Shown here piece by piece: positions 57,465-64,000 of a DNA stretch of 64,000 nt. The notes below the pieces were generated by a model. The model was given only the letters and a program-made list of their open reading frames with translations, searched no databases and had not been told where the DNA came from. Where the stretch lies: positions 4,288,001 through 4,352,000 of the forward strand of contig OZ240245.1 of assembly GCA_965198175.1 (NCBI GenBank). The letters are read 5' to 3'. The position numbers and the translations under genes were made by a program. This DNA is from Candidatus Poribacteria bacterium. Lineage in GTDB: Bacteria; Poribacteria; WGA-4E; PCPOR2b. Position 1 is the stretch's first letter; each line of letters begins with the position of its first letter.

Positions 57465-58679
57465 TTATTTGGTTGCATCATTATTCGGGCTTCCTTCACT
57501 ATTAGACCGATCTTTTGAAATCTCGTCCTTTTCCGCCGGTCCCGCTTCCGGTTGGGCTTCTCCTTGATTCTGCGTTGCCGGTGGTGTGGGTATGTCTTCT
57601 TTCTCCTCAACCTCTAACAAGTTTTCTCCGTCTACCCGCCTTCTCAGCATGGTGTAGATGAGTGTATTCCCAGCGGAAGCTATTGAGAGTAAGTAAGCGA
57701 TAATCAGACCTATGATGCCCAAGAGGGAAAGCATAATAAAAATTGAGGCGATTTTAAGTGCAATTGGAAGATTGGTGGGTTCGGCAAGATCAAATACTTT
57801 GACACCTTCAATGTATGGTAATCCAGCAAGTCTACCAATCAAACCTCCAAGCCATTTGTCTGCCTGCCCCATGATCATTTTTATATCCGTAGGAATCAGC
57901 AGACGGACTGGCAACATGGCAACAACAAATCCAACCAAGCAAAAAAGCGCCCAAATCGCCGTACAAATCAATTTCATTCCAAACAAAAGGATTTCGTAAA
58001 CGACGATGCGCCAGGGTTGATTCCAAATAATCGAAAAATGCTGATACACTGTTTCAAAGGTGTCTGAATTGGCAGCTGCAATCACTGAAGGGACAAAGAA
58101 CAAGCTCACCCCAAAAACAACAACCAGATATGCCATCAGTAACCCAAGAAAAAAGGCGAAGGGAGTCAAGATTGATGCAAGCATAACAATAATGTTACCA
58201 ACTTTGGGAATCTTGCCAAGCAGACCCACAATAATCGGTGTCAACGCGCATAGCACAAAAATGACAATCAGACCAATGAATGTTCCGTAAACTACCTTCC
58301 AATTTTTCTTGACGAAGCCGACAGATTCTCCCATTGAGAAAAAGTGATCGCCTCGCAATTGTTGCATCGTGATTTTGGAAACCATCGTGCTCATCCAAAA
58401 GAAAACCACAAAAAGAACAAGTGTACCAATTCCCATTGCCACGATTGTAATGGTCTCGAAGCCACCATTGACAACGGGGCAGACCGGCACTAATCCATAC
58501 TTATCCCAAAAGTCTTTTGCTGCAGTTCCACCTGCGATTAGCAGGCTCAAATAAACTAGTATTTCATAAATTAGATAAGCCAGCACAAGTCCCAAAAAAT
58601 GAAGAAAAATCTTCTTTCCACTAAACCCGTAACGTCCAACCCGGAAAATATCACGAAAATCAAAGTGTAATTCCGCCAT
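57465..58679 (-). CDS. hypothetical polytopic membrane protein
   Basis: multiple TM helices; GGAGG RBS before ATG 58679. Confidence 0.75.
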   Translation of the reverse strand: MAELHFDFRDIFRVGRYGFSGKKIFLHFLGLVLAYLIYEILVYLSLLIAGGTAAKDFWDKYGLVPVCPVVNGGFETITIVAMGIGTLVLFVVFFWMSTMVSKITMQQLRGDHFFSMGESVGFVKKNWKVVYGTFIGLIVIFVLCALTPIIVGLLGKIPKVGNIIVMLASILTPFAFFLGLLMAYLVVVFGVSLFFVPSVIAAANSDTFETVYQHFSIIWNQPWRIVVYEILLFGMKLICTAIWALFCLVGFVVAMLPVRLLIPTDIKMIMGQADKWLGGLIGRLAGLPYIEGVKVFDLAEPTNLPIALKIASIFIMLSLLGIIGLIIAYLLSIASAGNTLIYTMLRRRVDGENLLEVEEKEDIPTPPATQNQGEAQPEAGPAEKDEISKDRSNSEGSPNNDATK

Positions 58680-58855
58680 GCATTTCCTCCAGTTACAATT
58701 AAGTCTATCACTAGCACTCATGAAAACTCTAGCGACTTCGTGACGTCGAAATTTGCGCGGATATATATTACACCAATTGCGATCTTCTGTCAACAAGAAC
58801 CTTTCTTATATTTTGTTCTACCAGCCTCACCTTCCGCGAAGTCATCGATTTTAAC

Positions 58856-58884
58856 TTGACTTCGCCCGCAAATCCGAATACAAT
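58856..58884 (+). promoter_or_regulatory. sigma-70-type promoter of phhB-lpxL
   Basis: TTGACT-N17-TACAAT. Confidence 0.55.
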
Positions 58885-58971
58885 CCAAACTAAATTAGCT
58901 TAGGCTTGGTTGAGGTATTTACAGTGCAATTGACTTTACAAATATATACTGTGAATTTGTAGGAGAATTGA

Positions 58972-59259
58972 ATGGTGGTCGAAAAACTTAACGACACTGA
59001 AATTAACGCAGAACTTGCTAATCTATTGGATTGGGCAGTCGAAAATGGCAAACTGCACAAGCAGTTTCAGTTTAATTCTTTTATCGAAGCATTCGGCTTT
59101 ATGACTCGCGTTGCCCTAGTTGCCGAATCAATGAACCACCACCCGGAGTGGTTCAACGTCTACAATCGTGTAACAATCGATCTCATGACCCACGATGCTG
59201 GCGGAATCAGCGTGTTAGATTTCGAATTGGCAAAAAAAGCTGACGAATTCGCAGGTTGA
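58972..59259 (+). CDS. phhB: pterin-4-alpha-carbinolamine dehydratase
   Basis: [13 protein letters not shown]...THDAGG motif. Confidence 0.95.
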   Translation: MVVEKLNDTEINAELANLLDWAVENGKLHKQFQFNSFIEAFGFMTRVALVAESMNHHPEWFNVYNRVTIDLMTHDAGGISVLDFELAKKADEFAG

Positions 59260-60290
59260 CCGACGTCGGATTTAATGCTAGCGCGTTGAGCTCGTCAAGT
59301 GAGATTGTGAACCATCTTCAGCGGTTTGGTGCAAAGACTTTGATTGGTGATTGGCTAATTTATTCCAGCGTTTGGGTTTTAGCTAAGGTCGTCCGTCGCT
59401 TACCGATGCGATTGGCGATGTTCTTGGGCGGCGGAATTGGGAATCTGCTCTACTTCACCTTCAAGAGGCGCCGCCAAATCGCTTTGCAAAATTTGCAGAT
59501 TGTGTTTGGAACTGAGAAATCAGACGCCGAACGAAAGAAAATCTGCCGGGAAAATTTTCGCAATCTCGGTAAGACAGCAATCGAATTTCTCAGATTCCCA
59601 AAATTGACTTTCCACAATATCTGGAGGGAGGTCACTGTAGAAGGGAAAGAGAACCTCGTACGCGCGCTAGATCTCGGAAAAGGGGTTATCGTGTTTCTAC
59701 CCCATTTCGGGAATTGGGAACTTCTCGCGCTCGTCTACGGGGCACTAATTCCAAACCGTGCAAAGGCAATCGCTTTGCCTATCAGAAATGAATTTCTCAA
59801 TACACTAATCTGGAAATACCGACAGCACTTGAGCTTAAAACTCATACCCCGGAAACAAGCTGGTAAGGAAGCTCTCCGGGCGCTTCGTGACAATTTTGCG
59901 GTGGGCTTTTTCGCAGATCAAAATGCAGGGCGAGAAGGCGTTTTTGTTGATTTCTTTGGAAAACACGCCTCTACCGCACGAGGACCAACAACACTCGCTC
60001 TCAAAACAGGTGCGCCGATCCTTTTCTCGATCGATGTACGTCAGTCCGACGATCGGCATCGCGTTTTTATCTCGCCGCCGGTTGAACTTGAACTCTCAGG
60101 AAATTTTGAACTAGATGTACAGATTAATACATCCCGTCTTGTGAAAATCCTTGAGGATTATATATACCAGTTCCCATCCCAGTGGTTGTGGCTACATAAT
60201 CGGTGGAAAACTCAACCTGATACGCAGTGGCACGTGAAAAGCCAATTCAGGAAAAGGAGGGAGAGAGTGGTTCAACATGATGAAACCTAG
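59256..60290 (+). CDS. lipid A / lysophospholipid acyltransferase (LpxL/HtrB family)
   Basis: HFGNWE, ADQ, V.FFG and P.QW.W.H.RWK motifs. Confidence 0.92.
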   Translation: MTDVGFNASALSSSSEIVNHLQRFGAKTLIGDWLIYSSVWVLAKVVRRLPMRLAMFLGGGIGNLLYFTFKRRRQIALQNLQIVFGTEKSDAERKKICRENFRNLGKTAIEFLRFPKLTFHNIWREVTVEGKENLVRALDLGKGVIVFLPHFGNWELLALVYGALIPNRAKAIALPIRNEFLNTLIWKYRQHLSLKLIPRKQAGKEALRALRDNFAVGFFADQNAGREGVFVDFFGKHASTARGPTTLALKTGAPILFSIDVRQSDDRHRVFISPPVELELSGNFELDVQINTSRLVKILEDYIYQFPSQWLWLHNRWKTQPDTQWHVKSQFRKRRERVVQHDET

Positions 60291-60474
60291 TTGGGCACGT
60301 TGGGGTGGAAAGAAAATAGGCGGAAGATAGCGAGAAGTTCGGCACATTCCTGCGGTCGCGTTCCCTATTGCCCGCTTCATCTTATCTCATTTTCATCGTT
60401 GCAGTGTAACCCCGGGCGTGCTATAATTGTTATGATTACGCGAAATAAACAGTTTGTAAACCGAGGGAGTTGTT

Positions 60475-62199
60475 ATGATTCATTACAGAAAACACGCGTT
60501 ACCCATCATCGCACTAACTGTTGGAGCGGTGATTTCTCTCCTCTTCATACCAATAGGGGATAAAAGTGCTTTCAGCGATCGCGATGGGAAGCGTAACACC
60601 ATCATCATGCTGGGGGCTTTAAACGAAGTCATTAAGAAATCGGAGCGGTATTTCTATAAGGAAGTGGATCGGGAAGAAATGTATGAAGGGGCAATCAAAG
60701 GCGCACTTGCAGCCCTTGATGATAATTACACTTTCTATCTCTCGCCAAGAATTCTGAAACGTGAGACTGAAAATGTTTACCATGGGGCATTTGGTGGACT
60801 CGGCATCCAAATCCAACCGGAAAAAGGATTTATAAAAATCACCCGCCCATTACCCAATTCGCCTGCACTGCGAGCTGGCTTGCGAGCCGGAGATTATATT
60901 ACTAACGTGAATGGTGACCGAATCAATATTAGCTCAAGCGGACAGTCAATTTACGATGTTGTGGATATATTGAGAGGAAAAGTTGGGACACAAGTCACAA
61001 TTACCGTCCAACGTCGTGGGGATCCGGTGCCATTTGATGTTACGTTGACGCGAGAGGTAATCAAACCGCCTAGCGTTGAGAAAGAGATGCTAGGAGATGG
61101 AATTGGCTATATCCTAATCAGGCAATTTACCGGTAGAACAAGCCAAGAATTCCAAGAAAGCCTAGAGGAACTTCACCGAGCCGAAGGCGATGGGCTGAAA
61201 TCTCTCATCCTGGACCTCAGATATAACTCAGGCGGGCTCCTTGATGCAGCCTACTTTGTTGCAGATGCCTTTATTTCCGAAGGAGTCATTGTCTCTACAC
61301 AAGGAAGAAACCAGGACTTCAATCGAGAATACATGGCACGCCCCACCATACTTTGCGATCCCGACGTGAATCTGGTTGTTCTTGTTAATGGGTATAGCGC
61401 AAGTGGTGCTGAAATTGTCGCTGGAGCTATCAAAGACGTCAAGCGAGGTACATTGCTAGGCACGAAGACGTACGGCAAAGGTGTTGTCCAGCACCGCTAT
61501 CCTCTTGAGAAGGTAGGTGGCGCTGTTTCTCTAACAATCTCGACCTACTACACGCCAAGTGGCGTTTCCATTAATAAAGAGGGTAATAAAGAGGGAGGAA
61601 TTACCCCCCATCTTATTGTTGATTCTACGCTGGATATCGTGGACGTTGCGAAACTCGAAAAGGCAGGCAAACATGTTAAAGCGTTTGTCGAGAAATGGAT
61701 TGAAGAAGAGGAAAAACGAACCGGTGAACCCCCGAAAGAGTTTTCTAAAATTGAGGTAGAGTTACCCCAATTAATGGACGTACTTGCGGAAGATGATATT
61801 GTAATCGACCCAAAATTGGTCAAGTTTAATGTTCGCCGGATTTTCAATTTCAATGTTGGTCTTAACCCAATCATAGATTTGGAATATGATACACAGTTGC
61901 GGGAAGCAGTCCGCATCATTAAGGCAGGCGAGGTTGAAGAGATTCCAGATTCAACGACGACGGTATCTGTGAAAGAGCAACATAAACCTCAACCCAAAGT
62001 TGTTTCGATTACGGATTCTCAAGTTAAGCGGCTAAGTCGCTTGGCAACGGCAACGGATGAAGGTTTGTCCGAACTTGTCAGGCATGCCGTTGATAACTTT
62101 CTGGACAGTCAAGAGGTTTCTATGGGGTTGGGTCCGGAAGAGGAAAATACCGTTGAGTCTGAAACCCTCGACTCGCCTGTTTCATCAACAGACAAGTAA
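60475..62199 (+). CDS. S41 carboxy-terminal processing protease (PDZ) with C-terminal RHH-like extension
   Basis: GGLGI PDZ, DLRYN.GG.L, SASGAEI.AG and TYGKG.VQ motifs. Confidence 0.92.
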   Translation: MIHYRKHALPIIALTVGAVISLLFIPIGDKSAFSDRDGKRNTIIMLGALNEVIKKSERYFYKEVDREEMYEGAIKGALAALDDNYTFYLSPRILKRETENVYHGAFGGLGIQIQPEKGFIKITRPLPNSPALRAGLRAGDYITNVNGDRINISSSGQSIYDVVDILRGKVGTQVTITVQRRGDPVPFDVTLTREVIKPPSVEKEMLGDGIGYILIRQFTGRTSQEFQESLEELHRAEGDGLKSLILDLRYNSGGLLDAAYFVADAFISEGVIVSTQGRNQDFNREYMARPTILCDPDVNLVVLVNGYSASGAEIVAGAIKDVKRGTLLGTKTYGKGVVQHRYPLEKVGGAVSLTISTYYTPSGVSINKEGNKEGGITPHLIVDSTLDIVDVAKLEKAGKHVKAFVEKWIEEEEKRTGEPPKEFSKIEVELPQLMDVLAEDDIVIDPKLVKFNVRRIFNFNVGLNPIIDLEYDTQLREAVRIIKAGEVEEIPDSTTTVSVKEQHKPQPKVVSITDSQVKRLSRLATATDEGLSELVRHAVDNFLDSQEVSMGLGPEEENTVESETLDSPVSSTDK

Positions 62200-62222
62200 T
62201 AACCGTATTGGCACGATCTTTA

Positions 62223-63212
62223 TCAGCTATAAAGATGCACGACATACTCAGCGTAACCGTTATAGAGAATGGTTGGACGCCTTTCCCAAGAAGAGGCACG
62301 CCCGGGGCCAATCAAGCGTTCAGTGGCTTGCGACCAACGCGGGTGAGGCTTTTCAGGATTGACATTGGCTTCAAAATCGTATTCGGTCGGTTGGAGTGTA
62401 TTCCAGAACGTAGCCGGCTGACGATCGATGAACTCAATCTTAGCAATTGATTTGGCGCCCTTGAAGCCGTACTTCCACGGCACCACTTCACGGATGGGCG
62501 CGCCATGTTGTTTCGGAAGATCGTGACCATAGATGCCAACGGCAAAGAACGCAAGCTCGTTCGCCATCTCTTCAATGCGGAGACTTTCTGTATAAGGCCA
62601 GGGTAATCGAGACGCAGGTGTCCAAAACGGTCCCTTGGTAATCTCCGGATCGTAATACGAGGTAAACCGCACGAACTTCGCCGCTGATGTAGGTTGTACA
62701 TCTTCAATGAGCAATTTCATGGGGAATCCTGTCCATGGAACGACCATTGCCCATGCCTCAACGCAGCGGAAGCGATAGACGCGCTCTTCCAACGCGAACT
62801 TCCTCTTGATGTCGTCCAGATCGTACGTTCGGGGATTTTGGACCATGCCCGTGACTTCCACCTTCCAGTTTTCAGTCGGCAACGCTTGAGCTTTTTTCCA
62901 AATGGACTTCGTACCCCCGAATTCGTAAAAGTTATTGTACTTCGCAGCCAGTGCTTCGTCGGTGAGTGGTCGGTCAACCTCTGCAAATTTTGGATTCCGC
63001 TTAATTGATTCAAGCTTCGTGAAATCTGAGTCGGCTTTGGGAGGTGTTTTTGATTCTGAGTTGCTTTCACAACCGAGGATTGAGGCGCCAGCCATCGAAA
63101 GCCCTGTGCCAACTACGCTTGTTAGAAAGCGCCGCCGGTTCATAAAAGCCGATTCTGGCGTCACTTCCCGCTCTGGAATCTTCCACGGTTTTGGAATATG
63201 AATGCTTGCCAT
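62223..63212 (-). CDS. msrP: protein-methionine-sulfoxide reductase catalytic subunit
   Basis: Tat signal NRRRFL; YNNFYEF, RCVEAW, PWKYGFK and HPRWSQATER motifs. Confidence 0.95.
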   Translation of the reverse strand: MASIHIPKPWKIPEREVTPESAFMNRRRFLTSVVGTGLSMAGASILGCESNSESKTPPKADSDFTKLESIKRNPKFAEVDRPLTDEALAAKYNNFYEFGGTKSIWKKAQALPTENWKVEVTGMVQNPRTYDLDDIKRKFALEERVYRFRCVEAWAMVVPWTGFPMKLLIEDVQPTSAAKFVRFTSYYDPEITKGPFWTPASRLPWPYTESLRIEEMANELAFFAVGIYGHDLPKQHGAPIREVVPWKYGFKGAKSIAKIEFIDRQPATFWNTLQPTEYDFEANVNPEKPHPRWSQATERLIGPGRASSWERRPTILYNGYAEYVVHLYS

Positions 63213-63415
63213 AAGTTTTTTGTAACTCCTTGCGCGGTAATCTTGTCATAACACTCTTGCGATTTGGGTGAACACAGATTGACTACGCGAAGAATATAGA
63301 ATATCTCCCCATGTAGTATTCTGACGCAAGATTCTTATGGGCGGGTAGACCGCCATTATCCTCGAAATTTTCCTGGTCATTGCCTCAACTACAAACGCCA
63401 GTGTGTAAAACCGCT

Positions 63416-64000
63416 TTATCGCCTAGATAATGCACGTTCCAATTGTTTGAGCTGGCCCCAGAGCGAAGGGTATTTGCCCGTGCGAGAAACTGAGAACTCC
63501 CCTGCAAAAGCTGGGTCAAACCATGACGGATTACGATTCCAGCCACCGCCCTCCAGGCTTACTGCATTGTCTCCATCAGCATCCATCACCCAGACATCAA
63601 TAGTTCCATCCCGGGCGCCTGTGAAGGCAATCTTTTTCCCATCCGGCGACCACGCAGGTTCATTGTCGGGTTGCGGTACATCCGTAATCTGATCGAGGTT
63701 GCCCCCGTCCGCATCCATCACAAAGATGTTATCAGGCCCTGCCCGATCGGAGACGAAAACAATCTTTTTACCATCCGGAGACCAGTCCGGTTGGATGTCT
63801 TCAGCGTCGATGTTTGTCAGGTTCACTAGATTCTGCCCATCAGTGTCCATCACGTAGATTTCAGCATTTCCGTCCCGGGAAGTGTAGAAAGCAATCTTTC
63901 GACCGTTTGGAGACCACGACGGGTCGAAGTCTGCATCCGGGTGGTTGGTAATGTTCTGTTTTCCCTCCCCATTCGCATCCATCACGTAAATTTCCAGGTT
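63416..64000 (-). CDS. TolB-like PD40 (WD40-like beta-propeller) repeat protein, 5' truncated by window
   Basis: repeated P.WSPDG..IAF...R.G..EIYVMD units; C-terminal FSVSRTGKYPSLWGQLK. Confidence 0.9.
   Translation of the reverse strand, partial: NLEIYVMDANGEGKQNITNHPDADFDPSWSPNGRKIAFYTSRDGNAEIYVMDTDGQNLVNLTNIDAEDIQPDWSPDGKKIVFVSDRAGPDNIFVMDADGGNLDQITDVPQPDNEPAWSPDGKKIAFTGARDGTIDVWVMDADGDNAVSLEGGGWNRNPSWFDPAFAGEFSVSRTGKYPSLWGQLKQLERALSRR

Noticed and set aside
1..64000. tRNA/rRNA genes
   Set aside because: No cloverleaf/T-loop or rRNA signature noticed by eye; a tRNAscan/Infernal run would be needed to exclude them

Overview
Bacterial (diderm) chromosomal window. The C-terminal 'SV..GK...LWG.LK' tail on the last protein, plus the TPR, DUF6785-like and Gfo/Idh/MocA content, suggests Candidatus Poribacteria (inference only). 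The flanks carry ordinary genes. Left: TonB-dependent receptor, TRAP/TAXI transporter, TPR protein, BirA, PotD, RsbW/RsbV, DUF58. Right: sigma-70, MsbA-like ABC, Clp1-like kinase, SppA, CapD-like, SecA, PhhB, LpxL, S41 protease, MsrP. Between about 17.5 and 36 kb lies a defence island with no visible integrase. Its core is an sspB(DUF4007)-sspC(ATPase)-sspD(PAPS-reductase-like) single-strand DNA phosphorothioation module. No SspE or SspFGH is visible; sspD is instead followed directly by a small GIY-YIG nuclease and a DGQHR/DndB-like protein, which is the best candidate for an undescribed system. The island also holds an HNH protein, an AlbA_2 gene broken by an exact 3x46-bp tandem repeat, an XRE-ImmA regulator with a MazF stump, a NotI-family type II R-M pair, orphan antitoxins and DUF2280-like relics. 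Intergenic DNA is rich in GTAG-type REP/REPIN-like palindromes of several families, including a self-nesting ~30-nt unit. No rRNA, tRNA or CRISPR array was seen. All family calls come from motif recognition by eye, not database searches.
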